From Camelus dromedarius (taxonomy: Eukaryota), in assembly GCF_036321535.1 (NCBI RefSeq), contig NC_087437.1, positions 40,116,001-40,180,000 of the forward strand: 64,000 bases of DNA, in the 5' to 3' direction. Of the stretch, positions 14,339 through 26,747 are shown one piece after another (position 1 is the stretch's first letter; every line of letters starts with the position of its first letter). The position numbers were made by a program, and so were the translations under genes. The notes below the pieces were generated by a model. That model was not told where the DNA came from, searched no databases, and saw only the letters and a program-made list of their open reading frames with translations.

Positions 14339-16392
14339 TTCCCCAGATGTATTTCTGATCTTATTTGCCAATCTTGGACGGCCAGGACTTTAAGATGGCA
14401 TTTATTTCCTTGCTCTTTCAGCTTTATAGAATCATCTCCACCTCCACCGCCACCCCCACCCCCACCTTTATCACTATGAGAAGAAACTTGGCAAATATTT
14501 GGCTGAAGCTGGCTGGAGGGTATTTGAGTGACACCATCCTGGGCCACTGAAAAGAACCAGCTCCCAGGGCTGGAATGAAATCTCTGTGTTTCCAGGATTC
14601 CTTCCCTCCTGAGTGTCAAACATCTGGGACACACTGCATTATCCTGCTTTATTCACCATTTTATCCTGGAGTCCTACAGGGAATTTGATCACAAGAGAAT
14701 CCTAGCATATAAACCAGCCACACCTGTGAATTTTATTACAAGTATGTTGTTTGTTTGCTTGATTCAGATGGGGGAAGAATGGTGGAAAATCAAGAGCTAT
14801 GGGAAGACAGTCCTCAGCTCAGCTCCTCAACTGCGGGCTTCTTTCCAGTTGGTGCAACAGGAGATCTGGGGCCTGTGTTTGCTTTTCTTGGCATTCACAG
14901 AGGTGGTGTCTGTAGCTGAAGACACTGGGGCTGTTGCCAGAAGCCCTGCTGGAGCCACGACTGTGTGATTCCAGGTTCCAAGATCTCATCTGCTTGCAGC
15001 GATGGGGAACATTTTGATCTTGGCAAATGCTCTCATGCCGGCACTCCATGTCCACCAGACACTTCTCCCTACTTCTCTGACCCCAAGCAGAGCAGCGGAA
15101 TGACCTCTGGACACACACAGCTTGGCAGCACCACTGTCTCTGGAATTCCCGTATCTCCCTGGGGGACTCACCACAGTGGACACAAACACGATTACAAACT
15201 GCTAGTGACCTGGCAGCGCATTAACCACGGGTCCCGAGAGGAGAAAGGAGCATGAGCTTTCCTTCCCTGGGAGCTGGCCCCACGGCCCTGCAAGCTCCCG
15301 GGGTAGATGCTACTTCAGACACTGAAGGTCTCTGCCTTGCAAATTAGCACAGCCTGAACAAAGTCAGAAAAACAAAATACATTCCCTTTAAATGGGAGAT
15401 GTGTTCCCCTTCTGTAGGCTATCCCTAGTCACTAACATTAGGGTGGGTGTTTTCCACCAGTGCCTGAGCCAAGGCCCCCTCTATCATTCTGATCTCCTTG
15501 GAACTCGGGATGTGGTCAGTCTATCAAGTCCTCCAACACTCAGGCTCCCTGTTAATCACCCTGGCCTCTGCCTCCCATCTGCATGATCCTCCAGCCCACT
15601 TCCTGAACTGTTACCCAATTCCCCCATTCCACAGCAGCCCCCTACCATGCTCTCACACTCCTGCACCTCCGTTCCACCCTCCGCGATAAACAAAGGCAGA
15701 GGCCTGCTCCTCCTGCATCTCCAGAGGCTCTAACCTGGCGTTTCTCGACTTCTAATCCATAGACAGGAGAGGCAAAATCAAACTCCATAAATTTACTTTT
15801 TCCCCATTCTCACTACCACAAGAAGAGCATTTACAGCTCTTCTATCCCAATCCCTTAGCTTTTTTCCTGGATACAAAACAGTCTAGAGTTTGGGGTCAAC
15901 AGAGTGATTTTTGTTGAGAAACAGTCTCCATTCATCTGATATCATCTTTTAAAGCAATAATTATTGAGCTTAATATGTACTAAGTACCTGATAAATAATT
16001 ATCCTATTCTGTCCTTACAACTTCCCTTTAAGAGACGAGGAAATTGTGGTCCAGAGAAATGAAGTTGCCAAAGGTGATACAATGATCAAATGGTAGAGCT
16101 CTGGCTCTGGCTTCCACCTTTGGTTGGAACTTAAGCATTCTGAGCCCAGAGTTCATACTTTTAATAACTCTATATATTGTTTCTCAGCCCCAAGCAGCAC
16201 TCCTCTTTCAAAATTTCTTGCTCTCTCTTTACAGTTCCCCCTGTCCATATCACCACTGTCTACCAACTTCAAGGAAAGTTTGCCACCCTACTCCATGATG
16301 TTAACCAAAAGCGACCCATTCACTTTTTCCTTTACCATCACTCTGGGGCTCCTCCCAGCTTAACTGCTCTGATAACTCCTCTAATACCCTAG

Positions 16393-17480
16393 TGTCAGTC
16401 AGGACACTTGGCTGCAAGAATCTAAGCCCCCAACTCAGGCTGGCTTAACTGATTAGGGTATTTATTTTATATAATAGGAATTAAGGCTGGACCAGACTTT
16501 AGGGCTGCATGATTGAGCAGCTCAACAATGCCATGCAGGATCCAAGGACCAAGGTTCTTTCCATCTCCCTACTCTGTAAACTCAATCCAAAGTCTGGCTT
16601 CCTCAAGAGTTTAGAATGGCTGCCAGAAGCAACTGGCACCACATGTTCTCTTGCTATTGTCCCAGTGCAGGTGAGGGGCAGAGGTGGGAACTCTCCTCCA
16701 ATCATGTCTGATTGGACCCATTTAGGTCATATTCCCACCCCTGGACCAGAAACAGGGAACATACAAAGCAATTGGTTTAAACCTGAATTCCTGAGCCAAT
16801 CCATGGCAAAGAGGATGGGATTACCATTATTGGTTAAGATCATTCAAGACCCAGGAGGAGCTCACTTTCCCCTGCTTGGGGACAAAGAGGATATCTTCTG
16901 GGTTCTGCTGAGAAGGAAAGTGGGGGTAGCTGCTACAATCATCAGTTTCACAGTCTGTCCATCAGGGTCACTGCATTTAGCCTTGCAGTTTGCACACTGT
17001 CCAAAGCACCCATATGAAGGAGTGAACGGGGGCTGCTCTTCTTACCAAGCTGTGTTCCTTGGTACAGAGCTGTGTGTGCCCCGAGGTAGGGGTGCCGCCC
17101 CTCGCCTCCAAATATGGCCAGAGTCTCCTTATGTTCACCAAGCCAAGTACCCCCAGGGTCGTGGACTCCCAGAGGAGATGCATTTTTCTAATTTGCATAA
17201 AGATACCTGGGTAGGAACACTCAGATTCCCCTTCAAGCGAGGAATAGTTACCAGCTGTGAAGAGTGCAATTAGCCGATAGCCTTCCGCTGTTAGCCCCAG
17301 CTCTCTGGGGAGTTCACGTTCTTTTCCATATGGCCAAAGCCAAGGACTAAGCAAGATGGTGGTTCCAGGGCCTAGCCATTCCCACTCAACAGAGGACTGC
17401 TCTAATAGGCATTCTGGAGCTCCTGGTCTGGAAGACAAAGGGTTTGTCAGGTCTGTGTCATGGTCTGATGGCTCCGCCTG
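16393..17480. mobile_element. Adjacent old LTRs (MLT1K-like followed by an ERVL LTR)
   Basis: tgtcagtcaggacacttggctgcaag..tggcttaac; tctgattggaccc..aggtcatattcccacccctggacca; then LTR-like GC-richer text; subfamilies uncertain. Confidence 0.6.
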
Positions 17481-18199
17481 GCCAGTCCTACTCTTTCCTT
17501 TCTTCATTCACTGGTTTTCACTCCTCAGTAAGCCCTTTGCACTCCTCACTCCATTTCAGACCCTGCTCCCCAAGAACCCAACCTGCAACAGTACCCTGAG
17601 AGCTAGGGCTCTCTGTTCTCTGTCTCTGTGCGACCTACATATCTTGCAACTCCAGAACACATGTCCTTCATCATCTACACTCCACTGCTCCTGCTAAAAC
17701 TGCTTTCTATCCGCCTTATGACCTTCAGTCCTTTGACACCCCCCCCCCAATTCTTCATCCACCAGCCACCAGCTAGTTTCCCTTCTGTCACACCTCAGCT
17801 TGGACCCCATCTTAACCATGACTTTGCTAGCACCTGATTTCTCCCCACCCTTAGGCCAATCTCTAGTCCTGGGAAAGCTACAGTAAAATGTCCTTTCTTC
17901 CCTCCTGCTATGAGTCTATGGAAAATCAAGTTTAATGACTTAATGACAAATCCACACTATCTAACTTTAATTGGGCCCTCAGGGCTGCTCAATGATTATT
18001 TTACTAATCTCTGTAGACTCCCACTGCATTGACGCCAAATGTTTTCCTCTCCCTTTACTTCCTAATGTCCTTTCCTCCTAAGTTTTCCTTGCACCCTGTA
18101 GATGAATTGTTAACCCTCTTCTTTTCATGTTGATCAGGTTCATAGTCCCCAAACTTCCCCCCTTACAGTGGGTATCTGTTGCTTTTACCTTCCCAGATT

Positions 18200-18670
18200 C
18201 AGTACACTCAAATTTTCCTTTGAGGACCAGCTCCTCTCCCACCCTGACTCCATGTAACTCCAGTGGGCTGGCCTCCATCTCCTCCAAAGCTGAGTATGTG
18301 ACTCAGGCCTGGCTGTCCAGACACAGTAAACAATCAGGGATGAGCATGTGAGCTGAGCCAGACCAATAAAACCTTTGTCAGAACTATAATGCAGAAAATA
18401 ACTTTCTTTTGCTTTGGGGATTGCTAATCTGTAAAGAAACAAACCTGGTGCTATAAGCCCTCATCTTGCCCCACAAGGGAAGAGCCTGCCTAACAAAAAG
18501 CCAGAGGAAAGAAGTTCTGGTCCTGATGGCATCCTAGAGGCCCTAGATCTGCCTATTGTGAAGTTGTCATACCACAGGACATTGTAATTATATGAGCCAA
18601 TAAATTATCTTTTCTACTTAAGCCAGTTTTAATCACATTTCTGTACTTGTAACCAAGGGTCTTGAACTTA
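18200..18670. mobile_element. MaLR LTR (MLT1J/K-like)
   Basis: tgtgactcaggcctgg; atgagccaataaattatcttttctacttaagccagttt..ttctgtacttgtaaccaag 3' end. Confidence 0.7.
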
Positions 18671-19444
18671 GCATCCTCTCAATTTTCTGATTTGTTTCTA
18701 TCTTTACCTGTTCTGATTTTATCTCTGACAAAGGTGCCATTCTTGCTTGTATAGTTTTCCTGTTATGCCTTATTTTACTTTGGGATCTTGTTTTATCTAT
18801 TTCCCTTTCTCCATTGGCTTCTCCCCCATTGCCCATATTTATAACTGATACTGGATGAATGAATATTATCAAACTATTTCAAAAGTATAGTCTTTGATGA
18901 GAACAGACAGAAGGTATTTCTGGAAGTGTAAGAGCATGGCTCTTGGAGAGTGACCTGTTCTATAGTAGGAAGGGAAGTGTCATTTCAAAGGATGTAAGGA
19001 GACATTTCCTCAATGGCAGAATCTCTATGCTTTGATGTCCTCTTCTGCAAGTTCCTCAAGGATGCTAAGACTTCACCTCCACACTCAACCTTTCTCTGGC
19101 TGTTGGTACATCCTGTTCACCCCGAGGAACTGTTCTGTGGCACACAAAGGTGAGCAGTATGTGAGTTATATCATTCTGTGTATTAGATTCTGCAGAGTTC
19201 AGAGGACTTAAGATGGAGCAGAACTGTGTACATTAGCAGCCCTGAACTGTGCTCAGAAACTCTTCAGTGCTCAGCTGTTGGGTTATTTTTCTGTTTGGTT
19301 TCTTTTTTATTTAATTTTAGCATAGATAAATATATTTCCACGATTTAAAATTCAAAACAAAATAAAGACAAATACAAACATAAAAGTTTCATTCTCCACC
19401 CCTCTCCCTTTACTACCAAGTTTTCTGAAGCTTTTGGTTTATGC

Positions 19445-19920
19445 TTCTGTTTGTTTTCTATTGTTGCCTAACAAATTACCACGAACTTAGTAACTTAAAA
19501 CAAAGTACATGTATTATCGCATAATTTCTATGGGCTAGAAGCCTGAGCAGGGTGTAACAGAGTTTTCTGTTCAGGGCTCACAAAGCTGAAATCGAGATCT
19601 CAGCCAGGACTGCAGTCATCTAGAGCTCAGGGTCATCTTCCAAGTTCATTCAATTCTTTATGGTTATAGGACTGAGGTCCTTGTTCCTTGCAGGCTGTTG
19701 GCCTGGGTTCACTCTCAGCTACTAGAGACCTCCCTCAGGTCCTAGCAACATGGCTTCCTCCAATATGCATTCCACAACATGGCTATTTTCTTTCTTCCAG
19801 GCCAGCAGGAGAGCATCATATTGACCAATCCCACCCACACTCAAGAGGAAGAGATGATACAAGGCGTATATACTAGGAAGCCAGAATATTGAGAGCCATC
19901 CTAGAATTCTTCCTACCACA
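19445..19920. mobile_element. MaLR LTR (MLT1-type)
   Basis: aacaaattaccacgaacttagtaacttaaaacaa...aggactgaggtcc...ccatcctagaattcttcctaccaca. Confidence 0.8.
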
Positions 19921-19959
19921 GCTTCTAATGTTGTTGGGGTTTTTTTATATGCATGTTTA

Positions 19960-22760
19960 TAAGCAAAGCAAAAGGGCGCACGCACACACACATATATCTC
20001 CTTAGATAAACAGTGGCATGTAATATATATACTTTTATCCACCTTGTTTTTTGCACTTAATATATATCTGGAGCCCATTTCATAACAGTATATAGAGATA
20101 GTCCTCATTCCTTTTCAGCTGCTTAGTACTTCATTTTGTGTATATACCATATTTTATTTAACCATTCTCTAACTGATAGCCATTTGGGTTGTTTCCAGTA
20201 TTTCTTTTGCTATTACAAATGGTGCTGCAAAGAATACCTTTGTGTAGTCCTTTTTTTTTTTTTTTCTTGGTCAAAGAAATTTTGCTAGATATTGCCAAAT
20301 TCCTCTATGTAGAGATGAAACCTTTTGTTTCCCTTCCTTCAAGTCCAGTACTAGAGATTTAATTGTGTTTTTCTTTTGATGAGTGAGGTTAAGCAATTTG
20401 ACATAAGTTGAAGGGAAATTCACATTTCTTTTTCTGCAAACTGTCTCTTCTTGTTCTTTACCTATTTTTCTATTGAGTTGTTGGACTTACTCAATTTATG
20501 GAAGTTCTCAGGAATTTAGCCCTCTTTCTGTGTTATGAGCAGCAAATACTTTCACTGTCTTTTGACCTCTTGTGCTGTTTTTGCTACAGTTTTTATATAT
20601 GTAGTTGAATTTGTCAAAATCTTTTCTTTCATGGCCTCTGAATTTTGAATCATAAAAAGGCTTTCCCCATTCAATGTTTATAAAGGAACTCATCATGTTT
20701 TTCCTTGTACTAGCATACTTTTTTACACTTAAGTCTTTGATCCACTTAGCGTTTACCCTATTTTATGGTTTAAGTTATTAATTCAGCATTATCTTTTTCA
20801 AGTGTCTTCCCAAACAATTTTTCAATCCTCAGGAAAACTGAGGAATAAAGGTCACTAGAAACCAAAGTCAAAAAGAAAAACATCATAAAATGCTTCATTG
20901 CAGACCTTCTTGAGGCTATGATAATGGGAGGCTATGATAACACTACTTAGTTATCCGGCCAGGTGTGCAAAGCCAACTGCCAGATGCTTTTATTGAGCTG
21001 AATTTGAAGAATATTGAAACCATGTAGACTGTGGTGAGAATATGAGGATAAATCATTGATTTCAGAGTAAGAACTTGTATACGTCTCATGCTTGAGTTAA
21101 TGAAACTTCCCCTTCTCAACAAATGCTACAAAACTTCAAAATCTTAATCTCCTCTTATCTTTTTTCCTTTCAAATTCAATGATTTATAAAAGTCCTTAAA
21201 GTACCCTGGGTTTCAAATTCACAGACAGTAAAATTCACTGTTTGGGGTATACAGCCTATAGAGGGTACAATATGCCTGCCTAACCTATAATCATCCATTT
21301 AGAATTAATATTAGCACTTTAAGTAAAATGTAGAAGCAGACTTACAATTACTTGTCTCTTTAGCCTTCCCCCTTTTTACATTGTGATTGCCATTTATGAC
21401 ATCTACATACATTGAAATCCCTACTAATCTTACATTTTTGCTGTCAATAGTCATAAAAATTTTAAAGAATTTATGAGGGAAAAATATGCTATTACATTTA
21501 CCCAAACATGAGTTTGTTCTTCCTTTATTTTTAACATCTTAATTTTCCCTCTTGAATCATTTCCCTTTAGCTTGGAGAACCTCCTTTATCGTTTCTTTTA
21601 GAGCGGGCCTGCTGGCAATGAATTTTCTTAGTTTTCTCCCTCTGAGAATATCTTTATTTCCCCATTATTCCTGAAGGATATTTTCACTAGATGTAGAATT
21701 CTCAGTTAACAATTCTTTTCTTTAAGCACTTTAAAGATGTTATTCCACTGTCTTCTAGGCTCTGTGTAATGTGTTATTTTTTCTGGCTGCTTTTAAGATT
21801 TTTTTGCTTTACGTTTGGTCTTCAACAGTTTGATTATAATGTGTCTGATGTGGTTTTCTTTGAGTTTATTTTGTAACCTTATGTGTTTCACCAAATTGGA
21901 AGATTTTCAACCACTATTTCTCAAATATTTTTTCTGCATCAATCTCCTCTCTTCTCTTTCTGGGACCACAATAATGTACATGTTATATCTTAAAATATTG
22001 TCCCATAAGTACTGATGGTCTGCTTTAAAAAAAAAAAAAAAAGCCTTTTCTCTCTCAGTTCTTTACTATGGGTGATTTCTATTGATCAGTCTTCAAATTC
22101 TGACTCCTTCTTCCATCATCTCAATTCTGCCATTGAACCCATCCAGTGAATTTTTTTTTTATTTCACTCACTGTATTTTTCAACTATGAAATCTCAGTTT
22201 GGCTCTTCTGTTTATAATTTCTATTTCTTTCGTCAAATTTTCTACTTTTCATTCATTTCAAATGTGTTCAGTTTCACTTTATGGAGGATGATTATAATTG
22301 CTGCTTTAAAGTCTGGTAATTCCACAATCTGGGTCATCTGAGGGTTGGCATTTGTTGATTGTATTTTCACTTGTGAATTGGTCACATTTTCCTGTTCCTC
22401 ATACGTCGAGTAATTTTGGATTGTATTCTGGATATTTTGAATATATATTACATTATGAAATTTGAGGTCCTATCAAAACCCTCTGTAGAATGCTGACTTT
22501 AAAATTTTGACAGTCAAATAACATGGTTAGATTCAGACTATAAGTTCTGTCTCTTCTTCAGTCAATTAGTTTCAATGTCAGCTTTATTCTGAACTCTTTT
22601 GCTATGCTGTTTTGTTCTATACCACACATACGCTTCTCAGGGGTTAGACTCTGAATTGTTTAGTAATTTACATCATAGATCACTTTTCAATTCTGTTGTT
22701 ATGTAGCTTTGGACCTTTTTGTGTATACAAAGCTTAGGCTTGAGATATAAGATTCCAAAG
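19960..22760 (-). mobile_element. Cluster of old L1M fragments (antisense)
   Basis: catttgggttgtttccag...ttgctattacaaat; ttcctgaaggatattttcactagatgtagaattct; tctgccattgaacccatccagtgaatt; internal interruptions; limits approximate. Confidence 0.65.
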
Positions 22761-25087
22761 TGGTATTTCCTTCCATCAAGTCTAATAATTATATACAGTA
22801 TTTTTTTTCCCATTACTGTCCTTTATGCCATTTGTTGTTACACTCCTACCAGGTCAGCTTAATAGTGATTTATAATGAATCACAAAACTACTAAAATTAA
22901 TTTTCTTCTTACTGTTGTTAAAATAATTTGGCTTTAAATTTTTGTTTGTTTGTTTTTTTACCAAAAGCCAATACAGATGAAGGGCATTCTTTCCCACTTT
23001 AGTCTGATTTCAATCCAATTTTCCCTCTTAGTCTCAATTTATCTCAATTTTGCAAAGAGCCTTCTTGCCTTTCCATCTCCTCTGAGGATAACAAATGGAT
23101 TTATGTTTAATTCTTTCATTCACCAAGCATTTATCAAGTGCTGATCATGTGCTAGATACTGTTCTGGATACTGTTTAATTTTTCAAAAACTACTCACACT
23201 GGACTGCATAGGTCACCAGAGAAACTGGAGAATTATTTCTCTGAAGTTTTTAAGATAATTTTCTATTCAAGATTATTAACTGGAGGATGGTTTAAGGTGG
23301 GGAATGGGCAGTGTTTTCTCAGTGTTCTGAGTTCAGTGAACTCTCAAGACTAAAATAAGAGGGAGATACCATCAAACAAACCCAAAGCAACTCTAAGAGA
23401 AACCAAAGCTATTATCTCTCAAATTTTAGACTTTACATGCCACTGCAATTATACATGTTCCTACTTCTCATGCTTCTCCCCAGGGCCCCACAAGTTTTGA
23501 AGGGAGAATAAAAGCTGTGAACTCTGAGTAGTACTGTAAGCTAGTGGCCACAATCCAAATAATCCACCTTGTTGTCTTTGGGGGAAATGCTTCATATTCA
23601 CATTGTTTTCATCTTTTCCACACTGGTAAGAGCAATGGGAAAATATATATAGTGAGCTAACTGGGTAGGAAAAGAATTTTATTGCTCTCAGGACAAATCC
23701 CTATTAAGTGTGATTAGCATAAACATTTTTCACATCAAATAGAATGAGGCTTCACTAATGACATGAGTATAATACACGTCTGATGTAATGCCAACTGTTT
23801 TTTAAAAATACATAATAAAACTGATGTAAAAAGGGAATATAATCAACTTGCATGATTCAGCCTGGGTTTATTCCCGTTTACTGTCTGTGTGATTTTGGGT
23901 AAATTATTTAACCTCTCTAAGTCCCTCTTTTCTCAACTATAAAATTCAGAGAACAATAGCTGTTACGGTTTGTTAGAATTCAATTCCTAACATAGTAGAT
24001 AATTAACATTAGGTGAATATGAATCCAAAGTCAGTAAAACTAGAAGAGAGTATATGCATTTCTCTGAAAAGTGTCCTTGGGAGAATTTATCCCAGCCACT
24101 TATATATCTTATAAATTGAATGAAATAGAAGAATTTCTTAAAACAGTGTCATCTAGAGCAGAAAAACAAGTCCTCCCTTTTAATAAATGTATTCTTACTT
24201 CAATATCCAATTCAATTAGATTAGCCTGGATGTTTTTGGACGGACCTGACTATAATAGTGCATAAAAGTTTGTCTAATAGCTGCCCACGAGCTTTTGCTG
24301 ACACTTAATGAAATCTGTTTAATTACTCTAGCAGCTCCTATATTGGCTGCTGTGCTGGGGTCATTGGAGAACTCGACCCTATGGTACTTGGGATACAAGA
24401 ACATCTTCTGCTGATTGAAGCCTGTACCCTGTGGAAATGTTTTAATGTGATCCTTGAAGCATGTCCTAAGAAATGCTGTCAACACATATTCTTCTTTGTC
24501 AGGCCTTTATTTGGTCAGGAATACTCAAGAGCTGTCTTTCTGGCTGCAGTTTACCACATTGTCTCCCATTTGCTTTGAAATCTGGTTTAGTTGTGTTCAA
24601 TGAAGCAGAGGTAGCTGAATTAGAGAGACATCATCAACACTGCTCCTCCAGAGAAAATTTCCCATCAGATAAATCATGAAACCTGCTACCATGTTTTGAT
24701 GCACAGAAGCCACATCCTTGCACCCTGATCATTCACTTGCAGAAAAACACGTTCTCAACATAGTGAGCACAAGGGCATACCCAATGGACCATGAGGAAAG
24801 CTAGGGTTGATCACAAATCCCCAGTACAAAGAATTTCAAAAGAAGAAGGAAAAGGCAACAATAAAAGGACAACTTATCTATAATTCACACTATCACAGGT
24901 GATTTTTTAAATAACAAATAAAAACTTCTTGGCAACTACTATTTAATATAAACTAAAAGGTGTGGCATAAACCTTAGAAATCTATAGCTGCTTATAGAAA
25001 CATAATATATATTATGAATTAATAAATTAGGCTGAATAGGTGCTGATAAGCATAAGAATTTGCCATATCCAAAAGTGTACTGTTGTC

Positions 25088-25244
25088 TTTATTTTTTTGT
25101 TTTGTTTTGCTTTGTTTTGTTGGGGAGGTAATTTGGTCTGTTTGTTTGTTTGTTTGTTTGTTTTAAATGAAAGTACTGGTAATTGAACTCAGGAGCTCAT
25201 GCATTCTGAGCATGCACTCTACCACTGAGCTATCCCCTCCCCCC
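25088..25244 (-). mobile_element. tRNA-derived SINE, Vic-1-like
   Basis: Reverse complement GGGGAGGGGATAGCTCAGTGGTAGAGTGCATGCTCAG...CCTGAGTTCAATTACCAGTAC with (CAAA)n tail. Confidence 0.85.
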
Positions 25245-26258
25245 TTTACTTGTTTTTTAATACATAAGCATTCCCAGGGAATAAGAAATTGCTTTAACTG
25301 TGATCATCTGACCAATTAAAAATCATAATGTCATGGGTTTTGGTTTTTTTTTTTTCACTAGTTCTGAGAGTGGAGAATGTCCTAGTGCATAGCACTAACT
25401 TGGTATAGGTTTTTACTGACCAAAACATGTTATTTAGAGTAAAAGTAAGGCTTACATTTCTTTTAAAAAGGGATAATTTCTTAGAAATATAATCATTGGA
25501 GATGATCTTGATTTTATTAAAATAATTCTATTTTTACAACCTATTAATCCAAGGAAAAACTTTAAAATCACTATCTTAACCCATTTTAACTCTTAACCTG
25601 TTTTAACACATTTGACCCATTTTAACACATTTGAAGTAAACTGGAATGTCTGTACTGCATTTTCATCTTAGGTATTGATTAGTCCTTTCATATTAAGGAA
25701 TGATACTTTTAAAGTTGGAACCTTTCCTTCCAAATCACAGAATGTTACAAGGGAATGAAACTCCTCAACTTGACAGAAATAAATAAGAGCCATGCTGGCT
25801 TTTCCCTTTTATTCTTCTTCAGCCACCCATGGCTATGTGGGGCTGAATATTCCCTCCCTCCAAAAATTCAGAACAATTACAGAGTGATGGACTGACATAC
25901 CAGAACACTAGGACATGGAACTAGACAGAGATGATAGGATATTTCTGGACCAAAAAGAAAATAGTCACAATAAAAATCCATAAAATATCTAGAAATAAGC
26001 ATAATGAGAAATGTTCAAGACCACTGTAAACACAATAATAAAACTAACAAACAAAAATAATAAATGAGGTTTAAAAAACCCAAGGCAGACCTCATTCCTA
26101 GATAGGAAAAAGCAATTTGGAAAAATTTTAAATGACACCAAACTAATCTATATGTTTATTCCAAACTCAAATTATTAATAGTGGTTACCTCCAAGGAGTG
26201 GGGCTGGGGAAAGTATCATGTATGACAGACTAATCTCCTGAATAGTAACTGATAAGAA

Positions 26259-26317
<59 letters not shown>

Positions 26318-26330
26318 CAACAACAACAAC
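26259..26330. repeat. Compound microsatellite (AAT)18(AAC)6
   Basis: Direct count: AAT 26259-26312, AAC 26313-26330. Confidence 0.97.
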
Positions 26331-26496
26331 TCCATAGAAATTATGGACAAAGTATGTGACAGGTCACAGAGGAGGAAATATAAGTTGGTCTTAAATATAT
26401 GAAAAGAAGCTTAGCTCATTCATAATTGGAAAATTTAAAATAATACATATCTAAGATGCCATTTTTCACTTACCAAAATGGCAAAAAACAAAGTTT

Positions 26497-26747
26497 TTTT
26501 GTTGTTTTTTTTAATTGAAGTATAGTCAATTTACAATGTTGTGTTAATTTCTGGTGTATAGCATAGTGATTCATTTATACATACACATATATATTCCTTT
26601 TCATATTCTTTTTTCATTATAGGCCATTACAAGGTATTCAATGTAGTTCCCTGTGCTATATAGTAGGACCTTGTTATTTACCTATTTTATTTATAGTAGT
26701 TAGTCTCTACAAATCCTGAGGTCCGAATTTAACCCTCCCCACCCTCT
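26497..26747 (-). mobile_element. Short L1 3' UTR fragment with TSD, nested in an older L1
   Basis: ttttttaattgaagtatagtcaatttacaatgttgtg...ccctgtgctatatagtagg; TSD AAAA(A/C)CAAAGTTT at 26484-26496 and 26748-26760. Confidence 0.85.

Noticed and set aside
16509..17273. 254-aa ORF, the longest unexplained ORF in the window
   Set aside because: Lies across old MaLR/ERVL LTR sequence, has no recognisable domain or splice structure; most likely a chance open frame.
24071..24850. Coding-looking unique sequence with several overlapping ORFs; possible processed pseudogene
   Set aside because: The minus-strand frames I translated by hand and the tracked ORFs gave no recognisable protein, with multiple stops and no poly(A) or TSD. 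A TBLASTX search would be needed to rescue it.
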